Source: Chrysomallon squamiferum (taxonomy: Eukaryota > Animalia > Mollusca). From it: a stretch of 64,000 nucleotides of DNA. Under the pieces are notes generated by a model, which worked only from the letters and a program-made list of their open reading frames with translations, searched no databases and was not told where the DNA came from. Made by a program: the position numbers and the translations under genes. Position 1 is the stretch's first letter. Each line of letters starts with the position of its first letter. This document shows, one piece after another, positions 51,781-64,000 of the stretch. The stretch is taken from assembly GCA_012295275.1 (NCBI GenBank), contig CM022667.1:5890001-5954000 (forward strand). Reading direction: 5' to 3'.

Positions 51781-53039
51781 TCAGTTTTGAGGAGATTTCA
51801 GTTTACAGAGGATATGGTTTAGAGCAGGTTTACTATTTCTGTTTATAAATATATATATATATGTGTGTGTGTTGTGTGCATATCTATGTGTGTATATGTA
51901 TATATATATATAAAAAAACACACACACATATATACACATATACATGCATGAGTATGTGTGAATGCCTTTCTCTGTATTTGTGTGTATGTAAATGAATATG
52001 TTTGTGAATGTGTGTGTACACATATATAATGCAAGTCAATTCATTAAGTTTTTTAAAATTAAGTTAATTTAAGAATAAGCTTATCTATCATAACTATGTC
52101 TTAACAGAAGAGAAAGTAAAAATCAGATTTATACAGGCTACGTCAGTTTTCTATTACTATATTGCATTAACAGATATAAAAAACAAAATGTTAATCATGT
52201 AAAAAGTATTTCCAATATTAAAAACAAAATTAACATTGAAACAAACTAAATTTCAGACTACTGTAAATATTCCAAAATAAAATTAAAACTTTGAAACAAA
52301 AATACTGTAAAAATGCATCAAATCAACATCTATGTGCAAATAATAAGTCAATAATATATGAATAGTTTGTCATTAATTTGTTTTATTATCATTTGTATTT
52401 TAATAGATCAGTATTCTGAAAAACTAATGATTACATGTAGTAAATATTTTACTGAAGTATTATATTAACACATTATGTAGAATTTAAATTAGTTAAGTTA
52501 TTTTCAATAATCTTCTACTTATCAACCTTAAATATTATTAACACTTCCAAGTAATTATTAACATGTTTGTGATTTGTCATCTTTAACCAATTTTGACCAG
52601 ATTACATTTAAAAGCACTGTAGCATTTTACATGATGACATCTCAAGTAGAGAATAATATCTGTTCATTTTAGATTCATTGTCGGGAAGAAAAAAATCAAT
52701 AATATCGAAAACATTTTTAAAAAATTAAAAATTAAAAAATTATAAATGGAAATATGTAAATATATTCAAATTATTTTGTCAGTTTAATTTTTATGTAATT
52801 TACAAGTGTTTTTAGCCGTTATTATATATATTTTTTGTAAATAACAGTATTTTATTTGTTTTACTTTCATACTGTTTTTGATATTTTTATTTATTTATTC
52901 ATCTTTGAATATAGTATTATTGTTATTTATTTTCTTTTATGAACTTTATCATATTTTGTATTCTATCTGTGTATTTTCAGCAATAGAATTCATTTGTTTT
53001 TATAATTTAATAATATATTTTAATTAAAATTTTTATGGT

Positions 53040-53237
53040 TCAGTTGTTATGGTTTTCTTCTGCTTTCTCAGTATGAACATCATTGTCAGATAAAGTTGGT
53101 GCTTTCTTTGAGAAGTCAATCTGAATGTACACTGTTGGTTCTTCTCTTTTGTTCATGGGCTGTGACATTTTCTCATTTGTAAACTCAATTTCAGTGTAAA
53201 CCAGCTGACGTTCATTTCTTCTTTTAGCTGTTGCTGG
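53040..53237 (-). CDS. Gene C terminal exon with ITIM (LVYTEI) and ITSM (TVYIQI)
   Basis: ORF 53040-53255; near-identical to the gene B terminal exon. Confidence 0.85.
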   Translation of the reverse strand, partial: PATAKRRNERQLVYTEIEFTNEKMSQPMNKREEPTVYIQIDFSKKAPTLSDNDVHTEKAEENHNN

Positions 53238-55582
53238 CTGTAAAAACAATGACAATAAAAAAGTATATAAATGAAATCAAACAAACAATAATTATAACTT
53301 TAATAAAATAAAGTCTTTTTCTGTATTTTCAATCAAATATGGATGCTACTGAAATAAGTCTTTAAATCATGACCTTTGGTAAATGTTTGATAACTGATGG
53401 GGGATAAAACAAAAGCAGTTATTGATTTGTTTTTATTATGATTTTTTTTTGTTTTAAGTTATGTAAACAGACAATATATATCTCATAGTGGAAAGGTAAA
53501 TAATATTCTGTGTAATTAAGTATAGAATATATATAAAACAGCACCTCAGGTTTTCCTTTATGTGATCTCTTTAGCTTGTCATCCTTGAAAAATGCCATAT
53601 TGTCATTTCCAACACAATCTTTAAAAAAATCCAAAAATAAAAATAAAACAGAAAAGGCCACTTTATATTAAATATTTTATTTTACAACTAAAACAGCTTA
53701 CTTTTATTTACCCCTAATGAAATTGTTATTATTACTAACAGTAATAATATCATTTCAATTTTCAACATTTAACAGACTACATGTAATCCAGAAAAATTCA
53801 CCATAAAATATATAGTTTTGGTCTGATATCTTTCAAAAAGCAATAATATTATAGGTATAAAATTAAAAATAACCAAAACATAATATATAATACTTTTGCT
53901 ACTACTTTCTCATATACTGCTGAGACTATGTCATGAACATGCTATTGAATTATCACCAGTTTTAGCTTTCTTTCCTTTAAATGTTTCCTGCTTTTTCTTA
54001 ACTGCTGCAGTGTTTTTAGATCTGTCAGCTACTGCACTGAGTTCATCCAAGGCAGCAGGAGGAGCTGTAAATAAAATAAATAAAGTAGGAAAATTAATAG
54101 TCAAAAGTTAATATGTACAATAATAAAGTAATATTAGTTTCCATGTTTAACTCAGAACTGATCATTCTGAATAATTTTAATATAGGAAAAAAGTTATTTA
54201 GATGACACAAATGAAATTCTTTAAGAAAAAAAATATATATATAATCTTTTTTGGGGAATATTAAATAATTAATACTAACAATTACAATAAATACAAATGA
54301 ATGGCTGATATGCACAGTTTACTATTATGTTTTTATTCTTACCATTATAATTTTATTTGCCTTTTTTATTCTTTTTATCCCCTGCATACTCAGCATCAAC
54401 TACTTGTTTAACTGAATGAAATCAGTGTTAGCATATTTAAATTATTATACCTATTATTATTTAACTGATTTATTTAAATTATGAAAAATAAATATTTTTA
54501 TGTTGTACATTCACGTTATTTTTCCCGTGTTCACAAAATATTTAAGGAGTGAATAAAACAGCATTTGAACAGTTCTAGATATTAAAACAATTTAAATAGC
54601 TGAAGCTTCCTCTTTATTTCAGTATTATACTATACTTACTGTGAAAGAATAATAAATTTATTAAATGTTGCATATACAGATATATAATTATGCTTGCATA
54701 TAGATGCACAGTGACAAATCAGTGATGTAGATAGACAAACACACACACATTTATTATTTAATGAATGTGTTTCCATGTAACATGCTTACATTAACAAATT
54801 ATAAACTATACAGTAACTGTTTTTATTATAGTATATCATATCATTATGGTAAAATGATTCACCACTAAAGGATATTTTATTTAAAATTTAATTTTATATG
54901 CATTCAATGAAGTGAAATGTTCTAATTAAAAAACAAAAAATAAAATAAGGAATGAATGAAAGATGGAAAAAGGGTAAAAAAGGGTAAACAACTATTCTAC
55001 TGCAGCCAGTAAAATAATATATAAATGTGTTGAAATAATATTACTTCTTTCTTTTGTGAACAGTCCTCCAAAATTATATTACTTTATGTACAATTTATAA
55101 ATTTTATTTTAATATAAAAATAATTACTTGATATAAAATTAATTCTACCATATTTTCCAGAAAATACACATAAAAATGACCTTGTTTTCAATATAGATAT
55201 ATGGTAAGGCAATCAAATAAGACATTATATTAGGTTATTTTTCTCCTTGTTGTTTTTCTTTAAAATGATTTGCTCTCTCAAAAGCATTGATACAAACTGA
55301 CACAAAAAAAAGTATTTTCTAATTTTGTTTTATAAAACTAACAAAATATATATTGTTAAAAATTATGAAGTAATAAACAATAAATACCTGCTAAACATTT
55401 GTCAGATCTAGTATTTTTTTGTTTTCTTTGTCTGAAGAAAAACACCAGAAGGACAACAACAACTACAACAACCACCAGACCCCCAGCAATACCACCTGCA
55501 GCTGCCACAATTTTAGAACTTCCTGGATCTTCTATTTTCAGTTATCAAAAAGACAAATGCAATATTGTCATGAAAATTTTAT

Positions 55583-55622
<40 letters not shown>

Positions 55623-55914
55623 AAAATAAATAAATAAAACAAATTAAAACAAAATAAAAAATATCTTTAAAAACTGATTAAATTTAGTTTTTACAGAAAA
55701 ATAATAATACAAAAGGAAAACAAAAAATAAAAAAAATAAATGAAAATCCAACAATGAACAATCAAAAAAAAAATAAAATACCAAATTATTTTTACAGGAA
55801 AGAGGTTAGATCAGCAGGTGCCATTTCCATTTACATGGAGACTGAAGATTATCCTTTAAATCTATGCCAATAATTATATAACTTTTGTTTAGTATTTGTT
55901 TCTTCAAAAATTGC

Positions 55915-55957
<43 letters not shown>

Positions 55958-56821
55958 GATTATTATTTGCACATTTAAAATATCCACTACAATAATACTT
56001 GACTGTACTGAAATAACAATGGAATTTAAGCGAATGCAGTATCTCTAATCAAGGTAATGTTATAGGCAACCATATATTATGAGATACAATTTATATTTCA
56101 GACAAATTAATTGTCAAAAATGATAAAGTGTTATTTCAAAAATACAACAAATAAAAAACACATCACATATATAAAGCACTGCAAATATATAAAAGCAGTG
56201 TAACAAATATCACCACCTAAATAAATAGTTTGATATTTTAGATTATATCTAACAAAAACTAATTACCTATTTTATTAACAGATAATTTCACCACAAGATC
56301 ATTTCTTGTTTCTCCATTTGACACAACAACCTGATAGATTCCAAAATCTTCTGGTGTGACATTTGTCAGTTTATATTCACCTACAGCAGACACATTTGTA
56401 GTGAGTACAGGTTGTGCAGATCCAAGACTTTTATTGTTTACATCTGTGAGTTTATACCAGGTAAATGTTGGAACTGGATTGGCAATCACAGAAATGTGTA
56501 GAGTTACATTTCCACCTTCTACAGCAGTAAATTTTTTCTGAACTGTAACTCGATGATCAAGTCTTGGTGAACCTGAAAAACAAATCTTAATTAGTGATTA
56601 CTGTTATGAATAAGGAATTTATTCAAACAATTATTTTTATCTAGAAATTGAATATTTGTGTCCAACAATAACATCTAGCTGTATCATTTATAGGGCTGAA
56701 TAGATTAAAAGGTACTGGTAAACCTTTTAAATAATAAATTTCTTGTTATTAAAACACAAAACAGATAAATTAAAGAAAATAATAATAAGAATAAAAAATA
56801 AACTAACTAACTAACTAACTA

Positions 56822-56888
<67 letters not shown>

Positions 56889-59800
56889 GAAATAATTCTC
56901 TTTAATGACATACATGTAACAAGAAGCTGCACACTTTGACTGAAATCAGACTTGATGTTGTTTCCTGCTTCACAAGTGTAAAATCCTGTATCCAGACATC
57001 CAGCTTCATTCCAGCTGTACTCCACTGACTTGGAGTTTTTCACTTCACGTAGAATGTGTGAGTTGTTTAACAGTTTGATGTGAGATGCTGGATTACTGTC
57101 AACTTCACATCTCAGAGACACTGGAGTCAGTTCATCAACTGTTATCTTTGTAGACTTTGAGTTTAAAGTCAAAGCTGTTATTGAGGTCTGATCTGTAACA
57201 AGCAAAATATTAATGCCAACAATTATTTTAGGAAGCTTTTTATATAACTTTTATTTGATTCTTTTTTCACCCTTAAACTGCTTGATTATTTTTCAGTTAG
57301 ATACATATATATAATAATAATACATATCACCCATTGAAGAATTCAGAACAGGCTAGTCTGCAAAGGAACATTATTAAAAATAGATTATATTTATTGTCTT
57401 AGTTTGTGTCAGTCTATAACTAAATAATTTGTGATTTTTATGAATATTTTCTTTTCACTGAATGTAATTTATATTATGTAAGAATATTCAATTTCAAATT
57501 CATTGTAGACTTTGAGTTTAAAGTCTAATTAGTGAATGGTGATCTGTAACAAGTAAAAGAGTATATTATTTTAAATGTAATTGATCGTTGACAGTTTTAA
57601 TTAAACTATCATGACAAAATAATTGTATTTTATTCATATCCTCTATTAAGACAGCATAATATAACAATCATACAACTGTCAGAACACCAGATGTCATCAA
57701 AATAAATAAATGTGTGTATGTGTGTGTAACTTATTCACTACTAGACTATCATTATTATCTCGGAATTCAAATATTTCCAAATTTTAAAACAAACTAAAAA
57801 TGTTATTCTGAAGAAATGAAAAACATCATGAATTTAGAGTCTTAGACCTAAACATTTTTCAATGCAAAAATAAAGACAGTACTGTTTTACAGCCATAATT
57901 ATTTATTAAGAAACTTTTACAATACTTCAAATAAATAATTTTTGTTTCTTTTTTGATAATGTCACATATTATAAATAAATGTTTTAAAAAGGTACTTGCT
58001 TGTAATGTTAGAAACTTACACTGAACATCCAAGGTAACAGTTTTGTTTTTTGACTTGTTTGTGTTTACATTGGTGACAATACACACACAGACTCCAGCCT
58101 CTGTTCTGTGTATTTGTGTAAAAGAAAGTACAGCATCGTTTATTTCCTTTGTCTGACACTTCCACTTGTAAGAGCAGACTTCATCACAGTCTGCCTCACA
58201 CAAAACAGCCACGTTTTTACCTTCTACTACCTGTACTGGTGAACTTCTGTTCTGTTTAATGTTTTCTGGACCATCTGAAAATACAAGTAAATTAAATTAA
58301 TAATGATTGTTCTCTGTATTTAAATGGCAGACATTCATATGCATGCAAGTAACATTTTGCATACATCTAGGTTATTGTTTTGTTTTGTGCTGTTTATTAT
58401 ATTTTATTTATTTATTTACTTACTTATTGAATCTTAACAAATAACAAAGTAAATGTGGAAATGCCTCCAGATACAAAACATCTAATGCTGCTATATTCTG
58501 AGGCACTAATACATTCAGCTGGATGATAATGTTTTTCTAATATTCTCAGAAAAATGTTTTGTTTTCATTAATATATCTGATTAAAATAATCTGAAGAGTC
58601 TTATATGTGTTTCTAACCAATGATATATGTTATTATATACTTCACTATCATACTTTTTTTAATACAAACCATAAAAATAGATTATTTATACTTTTACTTA
58701 TAATCTTGAATTTTTGGTTTTATTTGTAATATTTCAAGGAATATTAAGACATATCTACCTATCGATGTACCATTTATTCAATTATATATCCACTCCAATA
58801 TAATAACAACTTGAAAATGTATAAAAATTCATTGATATCAGTCAGATTCTTCCTTAAATATATGAAATTTCTTTTATAAACTACTTCAGAACTCACAGTG
58901 TACTTTCAGAGTGAAACTTTTAGTGAGAGATTTGGCTGAGACTCTGTTAGTCACAGTACATGTGTACTTCTGTCCTGTCTGGTTTCTTCTCACATTTGTA
59001 ACACTGAGCTCAGACCCTGACTCAGTCTGTTGATTGTTAAGAGACCAGGAAAACAAACATGGCGGCTTGCAGTCAGCAACACAGTTTACATTCAAATCAT
59101 CTCCTTCTTCAACATTTCCTAGTGAAGTCAGCTCTACACTGTCTGGGCCACCTGAAACAGAAATAAATTAATAAACATAAACAAGTTAATCATTTAATTT
59201 TGTTCTTGTTTTCCATTTCTTTTGAAATTTTTGTCTTTGGGATTTTGTTTAACAATACACCTTTCAAATGTAGTATGAGAATAATTTTGTTAGTAATAAC
59301 TGTTACATCTTTTGCCTGCAGGAATGAAATATATAAACTTTATAGTGCAAAAAGCATACATATTTTTAAAATAAATAACGAAACAAACACATAGACACAC
59401 AGCAAAATTCCTTTAAACCTAATACCCATGAGACTGTCTCAGTTGTTGGTTTATCCGGATGTTCGGTACACTGACATTTCAAGAAATAAACCTTATGGAA
59501 TAAACAGGAGTGTAAAGAAAAAAAAACCCTGAAATATTTATATGAACTACATTATTTAAAAAACAGCAATAGCCAAATTAAAGTCTTTATAAAGACAGCT
59601 GAACTTTTATTTTTCTTCAAACACATTGTTAGTCAACTGGGAATTACTTTCAGAATTTTAAATAATTTTAACTTTAATAATTACATCTCAACACAACTCC
59701 TTTTTGATGAACATTACGAAACACTGATACCCAAAATGGAAAACATTGTGGGATAGAAACAATTAAAATGTTGCAAGTTAAATTCATGGCTTCTTTGCTC

Positions 59801-62800
59801 ATCACTGATGTAAACTCATTAGGTACAAAGAGCAATAAATTGGGATTTATTTTCTTATTGTGAAGAGATTGGGAAGATTTACTAATCTCGTTCCTAATAA
59901 AGATGGTATACTAGTTAAAATCATAAAAGAGTTAATTTAATGATAAAAGTTTTCACGTGATAACTGAAGTCAGCTGTCAGACTAGTTATAGCACTGTTCC
60001 ACAGGTTCTCAAACAGAAATCGGGAATGATACACTGAGTATGTGCATATCACATTTTACAGGCTGGTATGGTTTAGACAATGTATCATGTGATGATTTTT
60101 GGTTGATTTTTTAATTGAGCAGTATTCAGAGGTAAAATTTGTATTAAATAAACCCAACTTGACTGGATAGTATTTACGGTATTCAGAGTAGAGAAAGTTT
60201 TGGTTTTCATTTATTATTTTCAGTTATTAAAGATGTATAAATCATGGAACCAAGCAATAAGCTTGTCAAATTTTGGAAATGGAAATGTAGGATGAGGATA
60301 AGGATTGCCATTGCTTTGAAAACCTAGAGACTGGCTTAAGAAATACTTTAAATTTTTCTCTTTCACGATAATTTTTTTTTAACTTTCAATTGAAGACTTA
60401 CAGCTTGTGTAAATAATTAGAAATAATGTAAACATTTCTGAAAACAAAACTTTTGTTGATTTAATGGTATGGATGAGCGTTAGAATTAATAACAGTGTAT
60501 GGACAATTGCTCACCACATCTACCACGTTTTTCATCAATACAGTTTTATTTTATGTTATGGTGTGTGTTTAAATGGTTGATTGCAGTGGGAATGTCTGAT
60601 AAATAAATAAATAAATTAATTAATTAAATAATTAAGATAACAAACAAGTTCAGCACATCATTTCAGCATAGAAATGTGAGTACAAGATTTCTTGAACAGC
60701 ACATTACTGTTCAGTACAGTCTCATGTTTCCATCAGGAAAATCCTTGTTTTCTGAAAATAATTTCACTTTTGTTCTCAATAAGTATCTAATGGTTACTGA
60801 AAACTGTCTGTTGCCACTCGATATAAATAATAAAGTATTGTTGTGCAGCTAAACTGGGTTTCACTTGAGTCTGAATCATAATGTAATCAATCAGCTTGTA
60901 TGAAAACACCAACAAACCAATGACATCAAGGACAGACACTGTCCAGGACAAGGTCACAATACCTTTCCACAAGAAGATAAGATGTTGTTAAGGTGTGTAT
61001 GATGTTTCTGTTTTTCTTGAGAGATGACTGGATTTCCAACAGGGTCATATAAACAAGTCTCTTACAAAAGTAGCTGAAGAGTGCTGTGTACCAAATGAGA
61101 AAGCCTATCAAATGTCAATTTTTTGCAGTTTCATTGAAATAATGCACCCTGTAAAAAACATTACTCAGTGTTGAAAACAGTTTTCACAATTTAGCAGAAA
61201 TGCAACATGAATGACAGGCATGATAAAGCTGTCATCCATGTGAGTATGTGTTACACCAGGAATAGTGAACGTTTGAAGAATTTGTTTTAACACTCAGGAC
61301 CTTATTCAAGCATAACAAATATAACATTTCTTCAAATCATTTGAAATTAGCACTAGTCCTATATTTAATTTACTGACATTTTCACCCAACTTGATACTTT
61401 TCATCAGAATAAGAGCAATGCCAAAATTCATCCTCGTCCTTCACAGCTGACAAGAAAAACCTCACTATGCCAAGTTTTATGCAGAAGACAAGCAATCCTT
61501 TTTCTAAGCCAAAATGATATATTTAGATCTGATACACAGTTGACAATTTCATCATGAATAGGAACAACAAAGACTGTCAATACCGTATGGAGGACTTCTT
61601 TGTTGAGTAGATGTGAAATAACAGTTTTTATTTTCTGATGTAATTAATCAATTTTGATGTTTGCTATTTCTGAACTTTAACTGTGTTTACATTCCATATG
61701 CTAATTCTTTTATCATTACCAACCCTTGATATTTACAAGTTAAAATAGGAAAAGGGCAGTTCAAGAAAGTTTCAATATAGCTGGAAAATAATCATCTGTA
61801 CTTAAAAGCATCTATTATCTGCCTATATTTTTTCTCCATCATGGGTGTTAATTGAATTTAAATCCAATTTATTTGCATTTAAATGCTCTCTTGTTTAATA
61901 AAGCAGCTTCTTACATTAAATTGTGTACAAATAGCTCACTTTGCTGTGAACTGTGACCTTGCTTATGTGATAGAGCTTTCATTCAAAAATGGATTGTTTT
62001 TGTGTACAGCTCTGTAAAACTGGTTCTTAATAGCCACATAAGAATGAGTTTTGTGTTTGCAGAAACAAGACTGATGTTTCACAGATGTTCATTTTGTAGC
62101 TCTATGTGAGCAGTAAAACAAAGGTTTCAAAAATATATTTGTAAAGTGTGCTGACATTATTTCCAGCTTATTTTTATTCATTTTCATGTACAGAAACCAC
62201 ATTTGAAAATGAACACTGCCTGTTTACATTTTAGCACTAATACAGGCTCAGCATCTACTTTTTTGCATTAATTTATCAAAGTGGAATAATTATAATAGCA
62301 AAACAAAAATTATACAAAATAAAAATAAAAATAACACACAAATATATAAATGTGAAAATTCACCAATAATATTACAATATAAATAACAAATAACTAAACG
62401 GTTTTGGATTTTTCTCCTGGATGAGCTTACTTAACACCATTGTACAAATATATGTATAAAGATGTAGAGTAACCTATGGACTGATCACTGCAGTTAGTCT
62501 CTTAGATGTCATAACAAACAACAAGTGCACATCATTGAAACAGGACACCTTATTCTCTGATACTGAATTATCATAATACTTATAATGAGATAATGTGAGT
62601 AACTATAATAATAATAATAATAATAAACACAATAAGTAAATAAATCTTAAAACAGACCAATATTTAATATGATGAATTTAAGAAAAACGAAAGACCTATT
62701 AATTGTTTCATCCATTCAAGTGTGATTCTTCAAAGATATACTTAAATTAATGATTCTAGTCTTAGAAATTAAATTATTAGAATAATTATTAGAATGATTT

Positions 62801-63251
62801 GTTTGTTAATTTTAATTTATTTCATGAATATTTTTATTTTCTTGCTATAATTAACATCTTTTTCATAAAAATATAATTATTTACTTACTACTCATTTCTA
62901 ATCTCAGTGGTTTACTGGACATTCTAGCAGTATTCAGTTTACAAATCCAGTCTGTGACATCCTGATCTGAAGCTTTGTTAATTGTCAGAGAATACTTCTT
63001 AGTTGTTGACAGTCTGCTGTTTGTCCCATCTCCACACTCTACAGAATAACTCTGTCTGTCAGCTGGAGGATTCCACACAGAACACTGATCTGGTTTCTGT
63101 CTGAGTGAAGCCAAAGCCACATTACCACCATCTTTAAAAAATACTATTCTGTCTTGAAGATTTTCAGCACCTGACACTGTACAAGTCAGAGTAAACTGTT
63201 TGTCTTTGACTAAATGAGATGAAGATCCAGACAAAGTCAATGAAACACAAT
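53040..63251 (-). CDS. Gene C (spliced, 5'-partial): paralog of gene B, IgV-Ig-Ig-Ig-Ig-TM with ITIM/ITSM, no FN3
   Basis: Exons 62889-63251, 58897-59151, 58020-58274, 56914-57192, 56267-56572, 55388-55531, (54343 or 54361)-54411, 53957-54064, 53545-53618, 53040-53237. Ig exon lengths equal those of gene B. Signal exon not found in the window. Confidence 0.82.
53545..53618 (-). CDS. Gene C cytoplasmic exon (DCVGNDNMAFFKDDKLKRSHKGKPE)
   Basis: aag acceptor, gtgctg donor, phase 1-0; homologous to 33511-33593. Confidence 0.72.
53957..54064 (-). CDS. Gene C cytoplasmic exon (APPAALDELSAVADRSKNTAAVKKK..)
   Basis: 108 nt, cag acceptor, gtgata donor; homologous to 33945-34052. Confidence 0.75.
54343..54411 (-). 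CDS. Gene C cytoplasmic exon (VKQVVDAEYAGDKKNKKGK*), in-frame TAA unless a GC donor at 54360 is used
   Basis: Same length (69 nt) and EYA register as 34854-34922; TAA at 54353-54355 precedes the gtaag donor. Confidence 0.5.
55388..55531 (-). CDS. Gene C TM exon
   Basis: KIVAAAGGIAGGLVVVVVVVVLLVFFF followed by RQRKQK; 144 nt. Confidence 0.86.
56267..56572 (-). CDS. Gene C Ig domain 5
   Basis: Paralog of 37254-37559; 306 nt. Confidence 0.88.
56822..56888. repeat. (AAT)n microsatellite
   Basis: Read directly; it explains the poly-Ile tail of ORF 56819-57205. Confidence 0.9.
56914..57192 (-). CDS. Gene C Ig domain 4
   Basis: Paralog of 38510-38788; 279 nt. Confidence 0.9.
58020..58274 (-). 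CDS. Gene C Ig domain 3
   Basis: Paralog of 39391-39645; 255 nt. Confidence 0.88.
58897..59151 (-). CDS. Gene C Ig domain 2
   Basis: Paralog of 40486-40740; 255 nt. Confidence 0.9.
62889..63251 (-). CDS. Gene C N-terminal V-like Ig domain
   Basis: Paralog of 44251-44613; 363 nt. Confidence 0.9.
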
Positions 63252-64000
63252 CTGTAAAATAAAATTGAGAAAATTAAAAAAACACAAAAAAAACCAATTG
63301 TATTCATTTATTCAGTTTTTATTTGTTTATTAATTTATTTATGGTTAACATTATTATTCAGTATTTCTAATGTAATTAACTCTATGGTTATTTAAGATAA
63401 TGAGAGAAGTGACATCATCATTCATGGAAAATGATGCTATTTTTAACTGGCAGCAATGTCTGTGTGTGTGTGTTTTAACCACATTGAAAAGAAAATATAA
63501 AGTACAAACTATGGCTATTAATGGTCTTTGATGGGAAAATCATTACATGAAATGCAGCTGGAATGAACACTATAGAAATTGTGTAAAGTGCAGTATCTGT
63601 ACATTGAATTAACAAAGACATATAGTTCTACCTGACTTACTATCATCATGCAGCAGTTGAGCACAAATATAGATCAACAATATTAGAAAAATCTTGTTCA
63701 TGATTGCAAAATGAAAGTTTTTATTATTGTTTTCCCTTCCTATTACAGTTTAGATATATACAGTTTTAGGAAATTTAGTATTTGTAACATTTTGGGGTGT
63801 GTATTCCATTCATGTTGTAAATTGTTAATTACTCTTTAATTAACATAAACATTCTTTTGAAATTAGAAACAAAATTAGTTTTATCTATTGAAATATCTCA
63901 TGAAAAAAGAAAAATCAATACATAAAAACTGATAATAAAAAAAATGATATAATAAGTTAAAACATTTGTTTGAATTTTAGTTATAGTTAAAGATCACAGT

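Noticed and set aside
49833-52034. Several 60-107 aa ORFs rich in Y/I/H/T
   Set aside because: Products of (TA)n and (CA)n microsatellites and AT-rich sequence.
55171-55297. Possible gene C counterpart of the LYAVVNK exon (VCINAFERANHFKEKQQGEK*)
   Set aside because: Similarity is too weak and it contains an in-frame stop; cannot be supported.
55399-55637. Plus-strand Thr-rich ORFs
   Set aside because: Antisense of the Val-rich gene C TM exon plus an (AAT)n repeat.
60640-61600. Coding-like composition inside a gene C intron
   Set aside because: No open splice-compatible frame and no counterpart in gene B; probably a decayed transposon of unknown family.
33158-63251. Assigning symbols such as nephrin, hemicentin, SIRPA or CD22, or treating B and C as uncollapsed haplotypes
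   Set aside because: Only architectural resemblance supports those names. Introns and TM exons are too diverged and the domain content differs, so B and C are paralogs rather than alleles.

Overview
Very AT-rich, intron-rich animal DNA (invertebrate; a mollusc is my guess from repeat style and protein types). The window holds three immunoglobulin-superfamily (IgSF) membrane-protein genes, all on the minus strand, rebuilt by hand from splice sites and reading phase. Gene A (CDS 1095-17881, ~297 aa): signal peptide, one atypical V-like Ig domain, a mucin stalk made of four duplicated 24-nt micro-exons (G[P/Q]TTTPQT), THREE transmembrane exons and a short tail with no tyrosines. Gene B (33158-46615, ~837 aa): signal peptide, 5 Ig domains, FN3, TM and a tail with six tyrosine motifs ending in an ITIM (LVYTEV) and an ITSM (TVYIQI). 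Gene C (53040-63251, 5' end outside the window): a paralog of B that lacks FN3 and the membrane-proximal tyrosine motifs but keeps the ITIM and ITSM. B and C show exon-confined near-identity and a diversified N-terminal V domain. The main hypothesis is a linked 'self-marker plus inhibitory receptor' locus, analogous in architecture to CD47/SIRP or invertebrate allorecognition loci. This is inference and is not demonstrated. The rest is decayed transposons (Academ-like, SWIM/YqaJ, Tigger, hAT, Gypsy, MITEs) and microsatellites.
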